Part shown: piece after piece, positions 26,826 through 37,622 of the stretch
Position numbering within the stretch: the first letter of the stretch is position 1
How the letters are laid out: every line of letters begins with the position of its first letter
Origin: Bradymonadia bacterium
GTDB taxonomy: Bacteria > Myxococcota_A > Bradymonadia > UBA7976 > UBA1532
Reading direction: 5' to 3'
Length of the DNA: 64,000 nt
Assembly (NCBI GenBank): GCA_046290225.1
Contig: JBKAGE010000075.1
Span: forward strand, 224,001 to 288,000
The notes under the pieces: model-generated
Seen by the model: only the letters and a program-made list of their open reading frames with translations
Told to the model about the DNA's origin: nothing
Databases searched by the model: none
Position numbers and translations under genes: made by a program

Positions 26826-28186
26826 GCCCGCTCTGGCCCAAAGATCGCGCCGAGCAACGTGAGCCCCTGGATCCCTCCGCCCTCGTCGGGGAGATCGTGG
26901 CGGTCTGGGGGGCCGCTCGGAGTGGTCGCGCCGCCGCCAATCTGCTGCAGAAGATCGGTGCCCACGTGGTGCTCTCCGACAACCGGCCGGAGTCCGAGCT
27001 CGATCTGGAGGGGATTCACCCCGAGGTAGAGGTGCGTGGGGGTGGCAACGTGCTCGCAGGGGCACGCTGGCTGGTGCCCAGCCCGGGCATTCGCCCTGGG
27101 GCCAAGATCCTCGAAGGGCTCGAGGGCGTCCGATTGATCAGCGAGATCGAGCTCGCCGCTGCCGTGGCACAGGCTCCCGTGGTGGCCATCACCGGCACAG
27201 ATGGCAAGAGCACCACCACGTTGATGTGCGCTGCGGCCATTCGCGGTGCTGGGCGGCCTGTAGTCGTCGCCGGAAACATCGGAGATCCGCTCTGTGATCA
27301 CATCCACGATGTGGGGCCCGATGGCGTGGTTGTGGCTGAAGTGAGCGCCTTTCAGCTGTGGTCTTGTGGGCACTTTCGCCCCCAGGTGGCCATCATCACC
27401 AACGTCGCTGAAGATCACGGCGACTACTTCGACCACGATCGATCTGCCTATGCCCTGGCCAAGGCACGCCTGCTCTGGGATCTCGAGCCTGGCGATACGG
27501 CGATCCTTCGGCGAGACGATCAAGTGGTCTGGTCAATGCCCAACAACCCTGGGGTGGCCCAGGTGGGGTTCTCGATTCACCCTCAAGCTGAGGGCTGGGG
27601 CTATGCCGAGGGCCAAATCACCCTTGACGGCCATCCGGTGATGCCCGACACGGCCGTGCCTGCTCCAGGCGTGCACAATGTGGCCAACGCACAGGCCGCC
27701 CTCGCTGCGGGTCTGGCCCTCGGGCTGCCCCTCGACGGCCTGATCGCAGGCCTCGCTGACTTCGAAGGTTTACCCCACCGGCTGCAGCCTGTGGCAGAGA
27801 TCGCCGGCGTCTCGTGGTTCGACGATTCGAAAGCCACCAATCCCCACGCCGCCGCTGTGGGTTTGCGCTCGCTGCCCGGCCCCATCGTGGCCGTGGTGGG
27901 GGGCTACGACAAAGGCCTCGATCTCGACCTGATGGTGCAGGCGCTTCACGCGCAGGCGCGGGCGGTCATCTACATGGGCCCCGCGGGGCAGCGTGTGGCC
28001 GAGGCGCTGGGTGAGGGGCTGCCGCTGTATCCCGCCGAAGACATGACTTCGGCGGTCGAGCAGGCGCAGCGCCTTGCACAGCCTGGAGATCAGGTGGTGT
28101 TGTCACCGGGGGCATCTTCATTTGACGCGTACACGTCATATGCCCACCGTGGGCGGGATTTTCAGCGCGCCGTGAAGGCGCTCTGA
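26822..28186 (+). CDS. murD: UDP-N-acetylmuramoyl-L-alanine--D-glutamate ligase
   Basis: GAARSG, SPGI, AITGTDGKSTTT, GNIG, EVSAFQL, GLPHRLQ, DDSKATN, GGYDKG, LSPGASSFD and RG.F; GTG start overlaps the murC stop. Confidence 0.92.
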   Translation: MSPLWPKDRAEQREPLDPSALVGEIVAVWGAARSGRAAANLLQKIGAHVVLSDNRPESELDLEGIHPEVEVRGGGNVLAGARWLVPSPGIRPGAKILEGLEGVRLISEIELAAAVAQAPVVAITGTDGKSTTTLMCAAAIRGAGRPVVVAGNIGDPLCDHIHDVGPDGVVVAEVSAFQLWSCGHFRPQVAIITNVAEDHGDYFDHDRSAYALAKARLLWDLEPGDTAILRRDDQVVWSMPNNPGVAQVGFSIHPQAEGWGYAEGQITLDGHPVMPDTAVPAPGVHNVANAQAALAAGLALGLPLDGLIAGLADFEGLPHRLQPVAEIAGVSWFDDSKATNPHAAAVGLRSLPGPIVAVVGGYDKGLDLDLMVQALHAQARAVIYMGPAGQRVAEALGEGLPLYPAEDMTSAVEQAQRLAQPGDQVVLSPGASSFDAYTSYAHRGRDFQRAVKAL

Positions 28187-28203
28187 ACGAGAGCGCTGAA
28201 GGA

Positions 28204-28419
28204 TCAGTCTTCGTCCATGGTGGCAACGACCTGACCCTCGGTCACGGCCTCGCCCTCTTTGACCTTGATGGCCGTGAGGGTGCCGTCGGCGGGGGCTTCG
28301 ATGGGCATCTCCATCTTCATGGACTCGAGGATGATGATCACGTCGTCTTCTTCCACCTCGTCGCCCACCTGAGCTTCAATCTTCCACACTGTGCCGGTGA
28401 TGTGCGCCTTGATGTCCAT
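28204..28419 (-). CDS. Biotin carboxyl carrier protein (71 aa)
   Basis: MDIKAHITGTVWKI...ILESMKMEMPIEAP biotinylation motif. Confidence 0.9.
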   Translation of the reverse strand: MDIKAHITGTVWKIEAQVGDEVEEDDVIIILESMKMEMPIEAPADGTLTAIKVKEGEAVTEGQVVATMDED

Positions 28420-28429
28420 GGATCTCCCT

Positions 28430-29785
28430 TCATTTACCCTTGGCGAAACGCTCCAGCCACGTGGTGTCGAAGTCGGCTGTCGCGAAGGTCTCTGTGTCCA
28501 ATACTCGGCGGAGGAAGTCCACATTGTTGGACACCCCCTCGATCTGAAAGTCACCCAGCGCTGTCTGGGTACGGGCCGTGGCCGCCTCACGGGTCTCGTG
28601 GTGCACCGTGAGCTTGGCCAGCATCGGATCGTAGTATGGGGTCACCGTCTGATCGGCCCTGTACCCGGCATCGACGCGCACACCCTCGCCCTCGGGGGGT
28701 GAGAAGGCGGTCAGGTGACCCGGGCTGGGCATGAACTTCCGATCCGGATCCTCTGCGTAGATGCGGCACTCGATGGAGGCGCCCTGGATGCCCACCTCGT
28801 CTTGCTGAATTGTCAGTGCTTCACCTGCCGCGATGTCCAGCTGCCAGCCGATGATGTCCACACCGGTGATGGCCTCGGTGACAGGGTGTTCCACCTGCAG
28901 ACGGGTGTTCATCTCGATGAAGTAGAAGCTGCCGTCGGGGGCGACGATGAACTCCACTGTGCCGGCGTTGTGGTAGCCGATGGCCTGGGCGAGCTTGACC
29001 GCCGCCTCGGTGAGGCCAGCGCGGAGCTCGGGGTGCGCGCTGGCGAAAGGCGAGGGGGCTTCTTCGATCACCTTCTGATGGCGTCGTTGCAGGGTACACT
29101 CCCGCTCGAACAGATGCACGACATGACCATGATGATCAGCGAGGATCTGCACCTCGATATGCCTTGGCCGCTCCACGAACTTCTCGAGGTAGACCTCGGG
29201 GTTGGCAAAGCTGCTGCGCCCGCGATCACGACACGAGGCGAGGCCCCGAGCGAGCCTCTCGGGCTTCTTCACCACGGTCATGCCGATGCCTCCACCACCA
29301 CCGGCTGCCTTAATCAGCACGGGGTAGCCGATCTCCTCGGCGATGGCTGCGGCCTCGTCGTCGTTCACTGGTCCAGGTGAGCCAGGGACCACAGGTACGC
29401 CGGCCTCGGCGGCGATGGCCCGGGCCTTGGCTTTGTCGCCCATGGCGTCGATGGCCTCGGGGGTGGGTCCGATGAAGGTGATGCCCGCGTCGGTGAGCCG
29501 CTTGCAGAAGCCAGTGTTCTCGGAGAGCAGACCATAGCCCGGGTGCACGGCGTCCACGCCCAGGCGGGCGCATGCCTCGAGGATGGCGTCCTGGTCGAGG
29601 TAGCTGTCCTTCACCGGGGGCGGCCCCACGCAGACGGCCTCGTCGGCGGCGTGGCGGTGGGGCGCATCGGCATCAGCTTCGGAGTAGATCGCCACGGAGG
29701 GGATCCCCCGGGCCTTCAGGACCTCGGCGATGCGGCAGGCGATCTCGCCGCGGTTGGCGATCAGGACCTTCTTGAACATGGGCAT
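28430..29785 (-). CDS. accC: Biotin carboxylase subunit of an acyl-CoA carboxylase
   Basis: FKKVLIANRGEIA, HPGYG.LSEN, KAAGGGGGIG, RECTLQRRHQK, EMNTRLQVEHPVTE and YYDPMLAKL. Confidence 0.9.
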   Translation of the reverse strand: MPMFKKVLIANRGEIACRIAEVLKARGIPSVAIYSEADADAPHRHAADEAVCVGPPPVKDSYLDQDAILEACARLGVDAVHPGYGLLSENTGFCKRLTDAGITFIGPTPEAIDAMGDKAKARAIAAEAGVPVVPGSPGPVNDDEAAAIAEEIGYPVLIKAAGGGGGIGMTVVKKPERLARGLASCRDRGRSSFANPEVYLEKFVERPRHIEVQILADHHGHVVHLFERECTLQRRHQKVIEEAPSPFASAHPELRAGLTEAAVKLAQAIGYHNAGTVEFIVAPDGSFYFIEMNTRLQVEHPVTEAITGVDIIGWQLDIAAGEALTIQQDEVGIQGASIECRIYAEDPDRKFMPSPGHLTAFSPPEGEGVRVDAGYRADQTVTPYYDPMLAKLTVHHETREAATARTQTALGDFQIEGVSNNVDFLRRVLDTETFATADFDTTWLERFAKGK

Positions 29786-29881
29786 GGGCTCTCGCGGTTG
29801 AGGCGGGTGTGATCGCCCGCTGGGTGTGACGTTCTGACGTGTTTGACACATGCGCGCCAGAGCAGCAATCAAGTCCTGGCC

Positions 29882-30421
29882 TCACAGGCCCTTTAGCAAC
29901 CCCATGAAGAAGCCTCTGGCGTTGTCCGCAGGTTGGGCACCTCGATACACATAGTCGCATCGCATCTGCCCCAACAGGGGATCTCCGATGGGGGCGCACT
30001 TGGGGTTGTGCAGCCGCCACCACGCCACATCGACGCGAAAGGCTGCCCCTTCACCGGGCCGCTCTGGATCGTCGACGGCCTGAATGGTGGCCTGGAACAA
30101 CTGCGGACATTTGGTGCGGGCTGTGTCCTGATCGGACATGGGTCCTTCGATGACAAAGCCGATGGGCCCCGGCCGGGTGTCGGTGAAACTGCGATCCCAG
30201 TGTTGTCCCTGGCGATCTGGAGTTTTGTAGCAAAAGTGCGCAGTGCGTACCTGGTCGGGCCGACGACCTGCTGCATCGAGGGTGATGTGACGGTCGACGA
30301 GGCGTGCCTCGGCAAGGTCGGTGGCCTGTGGCGGGGTGTGCTTGACCCTCACGGTACTCGGGGTGCACCCCCCGAGGCTGACGAGGGCAACGAACGATAG
30401 AGCTGAGGGGAAGATGTGCAT
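29882..30421 (-). CDS. Hypothetical lipoprotein
   Basis: Lipobox LGGC; fills the gap between ruvB and the biotin carboxylase on the same strand. Confidence 0.55.
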   Translation of the reverse strand: MHIFPSALSFVALVSLGGCTPSTVRVKHTPPQATDLAEARLVDRHITLDAAGRRPDQVRTAHFCYKTPDRQGQHWDRSFTDTRPGPIGFVIEGPMSDQDTARTKCPQLFQATIQAVDDPERPGEGAAFRVDVAWWRLHNPKCAPIGDPLLGQMRCDYVYRGAQPADNARGFFMGLLKGL

Positions 30422-30474
30422 GGCTGCACTATGAGCGTTGAGGCGGGTAGATCAAGCGTGGTGGGGCTGTCGGC

Positions 30475-31548
30475 TCAGATCAGCCCCATCTGGCCATCGC
30501 CTCCGGGACCCCCATAGGGTCGACCGAAGTGCTGATAGGCCCGCCGAGTGGCCACGCGACCACGATGGGTGCGCTTCAGGAAGCCCTCTTTGATCAGGTA
30601 GGGCTCGTAGACATCTTCGAGGGCGTCCTTCTCTTCACCGATGGCGGCGGCGAGGGTGTCGAGGCCCACGGGCCCACCCTCGAACTTGTCGATGATGGTG
30701 AGCAGCAGCTGCCTGTCCATGCGATCGAAGCCCGCCTGATCGACCTGCAACTGGTCGAGGGCCCTGGCGGCGACCTCGGCGGTGATGTTGCCGTCGGTGA
30801 GCACGTCGGCGAAGTCCCGCACCCGCCTCAGCAGGCGGTTGGCGATGCGCGGCGTGCCACGGGCCCGGGCGGCGATGGCGTCAGCGGCCTCGGACTCGAT
30901 GGTGGCCCCCATGACCCCCACGGAGCGCATGACGATGTGGCGCAGCTCGGCGAGCGTGTAGAAGTCGAGGTGCTCGACGATGCCGAAGCGATCGCGCATG
31001 GGCGAGGTGAGCAGGCCCGCACGCGTGGTGGCCCCGATCAAGGTGAAGGGCTTGAGCTGAATGGGGTAGCTGCGGGCATACACCCCCTCGCCGATGACCA
31101 CGTCGAACCGACCGTCTTCCATGGCGGGGTAGAGGTTCTCTTCGACAATGGGGCTGAGCCGGTGGATCTCGTCGATGAAGAGCACGTCCTGCTCGTCGAG
31201 GTTGGTTAGGATGCCGGCGAGATCGCCCTTCTTCTCGAGGGCAGGACCGCTGGTGACGTGCAGCCGACTGCCGAGGTGGTTGGCGATGATGTGAGAGAGG
31301 GTGGTCTTGCCGAGGCCTGGGGGGCCGCTGAAGAGCACGTGATCGAGGGCCTCACCCCGGCGCCGCGCGGCCTCTACGTAGACCTTGAGGTTGGCTTTGA
31401 TGCGCTCCTGCCCCACATATTCGTCGAAGTGGGTGGGGCGCAGCGCGTTCTCGAGGCTTTCTTCATTCTGGTTTGCAGCGTCGATGAGGCGCTCGTCGGC
31501 TGCGGTCTTCTTATCACCCTTCTGGGCATCGGGATGGCGTTCGGACAT
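30475..31548 (-). CDS. ruvB: Holliday junction branch migration helicase RuvB
   Basis: [50 protein letters not shown] and YEPYL. Confidence 0.98.
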   Translation of the reverse strand: MSERHPDAQKGDKKTAADERLIDAANQNEESLENALRPTHFDEYVGQERIKANLKVYVEAARRRGEALDHVLFSGPPGLGKTTLSHIIANHLGSRLHVTSGPALEKKGDLAGILTNLDEQDVLFIDEIHRLSPIVEENLYPAMEDGRFDVVIGEGVYARSYPIQLKPFTLIGATTRAGLLTSPMRDRFGIVEHLDFYTLAELRHIVMRSVGVMGATIESEAADAIAARARGTPRIANRLLRRVRDFADVLTDGNITAEVAARALDQLQVDQAGFDRMDRQLLLTIIDKFEGGPVGLDTLAAAIGEEKDALEDVYEPYLIKEGFLKRTHRGRVATRRAYQHFGRPYGGPGGDGQMGLI

Positions 31549-31578
31549 GGGGCCTCCTCACATTGACAGCACTGATCT

Positions 31579-31608
31579 TTGTACGTCTGTTCTGTACGTT
31601 TGTCCAGT
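31579..31608. promoter_or_regulatory. Two overlapping M. xanthus-type LexA (SOS) boxes upstream of ruvB
   Basis: TTGTACGTCTGTTCTGT (14/17) and CTGTACGTTTGTCCAGT (15/17) versus consensus CTRHAMRYBYGTTCAGS; abut a minus-strand CATACT -10-like box. Confidence 0.6.
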
Positions 31609-31658
31609 ATGGTGCTTTTTACTCCCTTTCCCTCTCGGCGGCCGCTATTGTCCCGCCC

Positions 31659-32579
31659 ATGCGATACACCAAACTTCTGTTCGTGACCGCCTGTGCTCTG
31701 GGACTCTCCGCCAGCGTCGCCGCTGCCCAGACCACTGATCCCGTAATCAAGCTCATCGACGCCGGAAAGGGCGAGAAGAAGACCCTGCGCTTCGCCGTGA
31801 AGAAGGGCGACAAGCAGTCGATGGACATGGTGATGAAGATGGGCATGGAGACGCAGGTGGGTCCCAACAAGATGCCCAAGATGGATCTCCCCGGCATCAA
31901 GATGACGATGTCCATGGAGGTCCTCGACGTCGCCGCCGAGACCTTCGATTACCAGTTCAAGCTCACCGCCGCCGAGCCCATGAAGTCTTCGGGGCCCATG
32001 GCGGACATGATGATCGAAGCGATGAAGAAGCCTCTCGCCAACCTGGTGGGCCTCGGTGGCAAAGGTAAGATGACCAACCGCGGCATCAACAAGGGCATGG
32101 ATCTCCAGCTGCCCAGCACCCTCGATGCCCAGACGAAGCAGATGCTCGACGGCATGCAAGACGCCATGTCCCGCATGTCGGCTCCGGTGCCCGCTGAGCC
32201 CATCGGCGTCGGCGGCAAGTGGTCCGTGGAGCAGACGATCGCTCAGAACGGCATCACGGTGCAGCAGAAGACGACCTACACCGTGAAGAAGTTCGAGGGG
32301 CAGAAGGTGGTCCTCGGCGTGGCGGTGGACATGAACGCCCCCAAGCAGGAGATGAAGGCCCCAGGCATGCCCCCGAACGTGAAGGTCATGCTCGACAAGA
32401 TGGGCGGCAGCGGTGAGGGTGAGACCACCCTGGTGATGACCCAGGTGCTGCCCTCAACGGCCACCGCCAACATCAACACCGACATGAAGGCCAACATGAA
32501 CATGGGGGGCCAGCAGCAGCCCATGAACATGAAGATGTCCATGAAGGTGGATCTCAACTCCGGGACTCCGGCCCCGTAA
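31659..32579 (+). CDS. Secreted Met-rich protein (DUF6263-like)
   Basis: Signal peptide ending AAA-Q; LRFAVKKGD and P.EPIGVGGKW motifs; very high Met content. Confidence 0.7.
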   Translation: MRYTKLLFVTACALGLSASVAAAQTTDPVIKLIDAGKGEKKTLRFAVKKGDKQSMDMVMKMGMETQVGPNKMPKMDLPGIKMTMSMEVLDVAAETFDYQFKLTAAEPMKSSGPMADMMIEAMKKPLANLVGLGGKGKMTNRGINKGMDLQLPSTLDAQTKQMLDGMQDAMSRMSAPVPAEPIGVGGKWSVEQTIAQNGITVQQKTTYTVKKFEGQKVVLGVAVDMNAPKQEMKAPGMPPNVKVMLDKMGGSGEGETTLVMTQVLPSTATANINTDMKANMNMGGQQQPMNMKMSMKVDLNSGTPAP

Positions 32580-32813
32580 GCGGCCGCCTCTGCCGCGATC
32601 TGCGGCGCCTGGCCGGCGCTTCCCTCCTCGACGATGCTTTGGCATCGCCTGCGGGTGAATCACCACCCAGCCACCACACCTCACGACAGAGTCGACCACT
32701 TCCGGGGCCTCCGTCCCTCCGCGGGGATGGTGCGAGCGTGGTTGGTGTTGGAGGGTGATGAAGGAGGGCTGGGTTGGGGAAGGGGAGAGGATGGGGTTGA
32801 GGGGGGATGGAGA

Positions 32814-33401
32814 TCAGAGGCGTTTGAGGGACTCTCGGAGCAGCTCTTCGAAGGTCATGTTGCCCGCCTCCTTTGCGAGATCGGCGATGAGGGACTCCAC
32901 ATCTTTGGGGCGGTAGCCCAGGTTGCGCAGGGCGCTCTCGAGATCGTCGAGTCGTGGGGCTGCCCCTGGAGAGGCCGCGGGGCGGCCGGAGGGGGTGCGT
33001 TTGCGTAGCTTCTCTTTGAGATCGAGGATCATGCGCTCTGCTGTGCGTTTACCGATGCCCGGAACGCCCGTGAGCCGTTTGACGTTCTCGTCGAGGATGG
33101 CCCCGGTGAGATCGTCGGCGCTCAGGCCCGAGAGGCATGCCACGGCGAGGCGGGGGCCTACGCCTGAGACTGTGATGAGCAGGCGGAAGAGGGCGCGCTC
33201 CTCGAAATCGTTGAAGCCGAAGAGGGTGAGCTGATCTTCACGGACGTGGGTGTGGATCGAGAGTGTGCACTCTTCGCCTTCCGGGGGCAGGCGATCGAGC
33301 ACGGTGAGGGGGCAGTGGATCTCGTAGCCCACCCCTGCAGCCTCGACGATGATCGTCTCGACGTTCTTGAGAGCGAGCTGACCGCGGATGCGACCGATCA
33401 T
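32814..33401 (-). CDS. ruvA: Holliday junction DNA-binding protein RuvA
   Basis: MIGRIRG...GVGYEI...HVREDQLTLFGF...VSGVGPRLA...PGIGKRTAERMILDLK...ALRNLGY; ATGA-coupled to ruvC. Confidence 0.97.
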   Translation of the reverse strand: MIGRIRGQLALKNVETIIVEAAGVGYEIHCPLTVLDRLPPEGEECTLSIHTHVREDQLTLFGFNDFEERALFRLLITVSGVGPRLAVACLSGLSADDLTGAILDENVKRLTGVPGIGKRTAERMILDLKEKLRKRTPSGRPAASPGAAPRLDDLESALRNLGYRPKDVESLIADLAKEAGNMTFEELLRESLKRL

Positions 33402-34147
33402 GGGTCCTCCTGTGGGATCTTCTTCCCAGGTCGTTGATGCACCGGGCGAGGGGCGATGATGCGCACCTTGCTCGAGATGGGCCCCGCGGGCCCGGGGGTT
33501 ACGCCAGGGGGCAGGCCCGGAGGCATGCCGGCGGGGCCGGGGCTGGGGAACGGGGCGCTTTGGTTTCGCGGGGGAGGGGCGCCGGCGAGGGCCGCCAGCG
33601 CTGCTCGGCCCCTGAGATGCCGTGGCCGGTGCGGGATCTGAACGTTGGGGCGTACGTCGGCGCCGAAGGCCAGGTTCTGGCCATGACACAGCGCCACGGC
33701 GACGGCGTCGGCGGCGTCTTCCTGGGGCACCTCGTTGAGCCCCAACCGCATCGACACCATGTGCTGGACCTGTAGCTTGCCAGCACGACCGTGGCCACAG
33801 ACCGCCTTCTTGATCTGCATCGGGGTGTACTCTTTGACGTCGAGGCCTGCCTTGGCCATCACCGCCAGGGCCACACCTCGGGCGTGACCCAGAATCAAGG
33901 CGCTGCGGGCGTTCTTGTGCTGGAACACACCCTCACAGGCGGCGGCTGTGGGCTGGTATTCGTCGATGAGCGCGGAGAGGCGGTCGAGCAGAATGCTCAA
34001 CCGTTTGGCCAGGGGGGCGGAATCCCCGAGCACCACCACCCCGTTGTCCACGTGGGACATGTGAGGCCCGTCGGCGTCGACGATGCCCCAACCGCAGAAG
34101 CGGGTCCCCGGGTCGATGCCCAGCACACGTTGAGGGGTGGTGCTCAT
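33398..34147 (-). CDS. ruvC: Crossover junction endodeoxyribonuclease RuvC with Pro-rich C-terminal tail
   Basis: RVLGIDPG...GWG, E.VF..N..SAL.LGHARG, YTP.QIKKAV.G.GRA.K.QV and DAADAVAVALCH. Confidence 0.96.
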   Translation of the reverse strand: MSTTPQRVLGIDPGTRFCGWGIVDADGPHMSHVDNGVVVLGDSAPLAKRLSILLDRLSALIDEYQPTAAACEGVFQHKNARSALILGHARGVALAVMAKAGLDVKEYTPMQIKKAVCGHGRAGKLQVQHMVSMRLGLNEVPQEDAADAVAVALCHGQNLAFGADVRPNVQIPHRPRHLRGRAALAALAGAPPPRNQSAPFPSPGPAGMPPGLPPGVTPGPAGPISSKVRIIAPRPVHQRPGKKIPQEDP

Positions 34148-34232
34148 GAGCGGCCTTCTGGAACAGGATGAGGGGAGCACTGGTACAGCAGTCGAGTCTG
34201 ATGTGCCAGGCCATTTCCCATATGGGTCTACC

Positions 34233-34249
34233 ATGAAAACGTGTTCAGT
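34233..34249. promoter_or_regulatory. M. xanthus-type LexA box upstream of ruvC-ruvA
   Basis: ATGAAAACGTGTTCAGT (15/17 to CTRHAMRYBYGTTCAGS), overlapping a minus-strand TTGCCT-N16-TATACT promoter-like sequence. Confidence 0.6.
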
Positions 34250-34368
34250 ATAGAACCGCATTGTTTTCAGGCAAAAACTTCTCGCTGTTCAGCTGTTTAT
34301 CATCATGGCGTGGTGTGGAGAGATTGAGGCCTGTGAGTTGGGGGGTATGGTGGGGCGAGGAGAGCGCG

Positions 34369-36663
34369 ATGCACAGGTGGATCACATACGCCCTCGGGCT
34401 GTGGCTGGGGTGTGGGGCAGGCCTCGCACATGGCGAGACCCGAGCCATCACCCTCGAACACCCCGAGCAGTTGCTCAAGGGCCCCGAGGCCTCGGGGAAG
34501 CTCGGGGACTTCAAGATCAGCAATGCTCATCTGCAGGCTGTGATCACCGCCCAGCGGCCAGATGGCCGCGGTGGCCGGTTGGTGGACTTCGTGCCCACGG
34601 GAGGTGCGGATGGTCTCGGAGAGATGGGGCCGGCCTTTGATCCGGCTGGCCGTCGCCAGCCTCTGATTCAGAGCGTCAAGGTGACCCAGGCGGGGGGGCA
34701 GGGGGCTGCCATCATCCAGGCCACTGGGGTCGACGCCCTCGACGAAGAGGTGAAGATCTCCATCAACTATGTGCTCGAGCCTGACTCCACCTACCTCAAA
34801 ATCATCACCACCGTGCACCACCGTGGTCGCAGTCACTATCAGGACTTTGCCCTCGGGCGCTTCATCCTCTGGGGTGATCTCACGCCCTTTGCCCCTGGCG
34901 TCGGCGCTGATCCCGTGGGTCGTCGGGCGCGCTCACCCTGGATCGGCGCCAGCTCACCCTCTGCAGCCATGGTGCTCGCACCCTATGATGGGCTCATCGA
35001 GTCGTTCCATGGCCGCGGCTGGACGGTGACCCGAGAGACCGAGCCCTATCTACGGCCAGGGAGCACCTTGACGCTCGAGAGCTGGCTGTGGGCCGAAGCT
35101 ACAGGTGGGGTGGCGGGCCCCGTGGCCCAGCTCAACACCCGGCGCAAGAGCGTCGTGGGTCAGATCGAGGGGCGGGTCTTCGACGCTCAGGGCCCAGTGG
35201 CCGGGGCGCGAGTGACCTTCATCGATGGCACCCGGGCGCCTGCGCATCAAGCCCGCACCAATGCCGAAGGACGCTACACAGTGACCTTGTCTCCTGGCCG
35301 CTACAGCGCTGTGGCTTTGGCGCCCGGGCGATCGGAGGCGAGTACGCGGTGGTTCCGCGTCCAGGCCGATCAGCGGGCCAGCCTCGACGTCGAGCTCGGG
35401 GGTCAGGGGCAGGTGGAGGTGCGCATCAGCGACGAGGCCGGGCAGCTGCGGCCTGGCCGGGTGCGTTTGATCCCCAAAGGCAAGGCGCCACTTGCGCTCC
35501 ATGCGGGGGATGCGCCGCAGATCGTCGACGGCACCACTGCTCAGGACGATCAACTCTATCTCTCCACAGGTGCGGGGGTATGGCCCGTAGCGCCCGGGCA
35601 GTACACCGCAGTGATCTCCGCAGGTCCCACGGCGAGTGTGGAGCGCGTCCCTCTCACCGTGAAGGCAGGTGAGGTGGCGCAGCTGCGTGCCACGCTCAAG
35701 ACGGTCATGGTGCCTGGTGCGTGGCGGGCCCTCGACCTGCGGGTGCACACGCGGGAGACGGTCGCCAGCGCCATCTCGCCGGACATTCGGGCCCTCACCT
35801 GTGCCGTAGAAGGGGTCGATGTGATCTTCGCCGATGGCCCCGCAGGTGAGATCGAGTCACCCATGATGATGACCAGTCTGCGGACCCCAGCTGATCAGTG
35901 GGGGTGGTTCGGCGCCTTGCCCCTGGCTGCGCCCCTCAGTGCCGATGACGTCAAGAGCACGCGACGCCCACGGCCCGCGGGCCGGCTGGAAGCCCTCAAG
36001 GGACTCCCGGGAGGGCCTCTGGTGGCGGTCTTCGACCCCCGGAACCCACGGACGGGCTATTTCGAACACTTCGCCTTCGACCCCGCAGCTGAGGCGCTGC
36101 CTCGGGGGGGCTTCACCCTCAATTTCGATTTGATCGAGATCGCCTCAGGTACTCTGCAGCGCCGGCTCGACGCCGCGGGCGCCGATGTACACGGCCTGCT
36201 CGCACGGGGTCAGCGGGTCAGGCCATTCGCCACCAGCGGCATCACCGGGCTCGGGGCATCGCCCTGCGCCATGCCCCGGACCTGGATTAAAATCCCCGAG
36301 GGGGCTGAGCTGACGCCGGACGCCGTGCTCCTGGGGTTGTCGAAGGGGCCAATGGTGGCTTCCTTCGGACCCATCATCGATGCCGACATGGATACAGAGC
36401 GCTTGAAAGTGCGTGTGCTGGCCCCGAGCTGGCACCGACCCGACACCCTCACCGTGCGCATCGACGGCAAGCCGTGGAAGTCGCTCAAACTCAAGCGACG
36501 CAAGGGTCCCCTCGACGTCGAAAAGACGATCTCTCTCAAGGGAGCCACCGGCCGCTGGCTCACCGTCGAGGTCGATGGTCGACCGGCGGCGGAGCAGGTG
36601 TACGACATCAAGGTTCGACCCTTCGCCCTCACCGCGCCTATGGCCATGGGCGCCGCCCGCTGA
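34369..36663 (+). CDS. Secreted CehA/McbA-like protein: carboxypeptidase-regulatory-like domains plus degenerate PHP domain
   Basis: Signal peptide; GKLGDF.ISN, GGRLVD, IEGRV.D.GPVAGARV...G.Y, APGQYT; DLRVHT in place of DLHVH; PRTW and GP motifs. Confidence 0.7.
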   Translation: MHRWITYALGLWLGCGAGLAHGETRAITLEHPEQLLKGPEASGKLGDFKISNAHLQAVITAQRPDGRGGRLVDFVPTGGADGLGEMGPAFDPAGRRQPLIQSVKVTQAGGQGAAIIQATGVDALDEEVKISINYVLEPDSTYLKIITTVHHRGRSHYQDFALGRFILWGDLTPFAPGVGADPVGRRARSPWIGASSPSAAMVLAPYDGLIESFHGRGWTVTRETEPYLRPGSTLTLESWLWAEATGGVAGPVAQLNTRRKSVVGQIEGRVFDAQGPVAGARVTFIDGTRAPAHQARTNAEGRYTVTLSPGRYSAVALAPGRSEASTRWFRVQADQRASLDVELGGQGQVEVRISDEAGQLRPGRVRLIPKGKAPLALHAGDAPQIVDGTTAQDDQLYLSTGAGVWPVAPGQYTAVISAGPTASVERVPLTVKAGEVAQLRATLKTVMVPGAWRALDLRVHTRETVASAISPDIRALTCAVEGVDVIFADGPAGEIESPMMMTSLRTPADQWGWFGALPLAAPLSADDVKSTRRPRPAGRLEALKGLPGGPLVAVFDPRNPRTGYFEHFAFDPAAEALPRGGFTLNFDLIEIASGTLQRRLDAAGADVHGLLARGQRVRPFATSGITGLGASPCAMPRTWIKIPEGAELTPDAVLLGLSKGPMVASFGPIIDADMDTERLKVRVLAPSWHRPDTLTVRIDGKPWKSLKLKRRKGPLDVEKTISLKGATGRWLTVEVDGRPAAEQVYDIKVRPFALTAPMAMGAAR

Positions 36664-36944
36664 GCCTGCTGAGGCCCCGAGCACATCTTTTTCGGTGAAT
36701 AAGTCACACTGAAAATGCGACGAGGCTGGCGGTGCTGTATCTATCCCGCCGAGAATACAAAACCCCTTGTGCGCTGGGATTTTGCTCGTGATTTTAACCT
36801 CGCGCACCGCGGGTCGACGTTGACTGCGTCGCCCGTTCGGGGCATCTACCCATTTCGCTTTCTTCGGGGGTTCATCACCCTCCTAATTGAAAGCAGATGT
36901 CAATCTCGCTTGACTGGGTCGTCGCCGACCTGCCTGGGAACCGC

Positions 36945-37619
<675 letters not shown>

Positions 37620-37622
37620 GCA

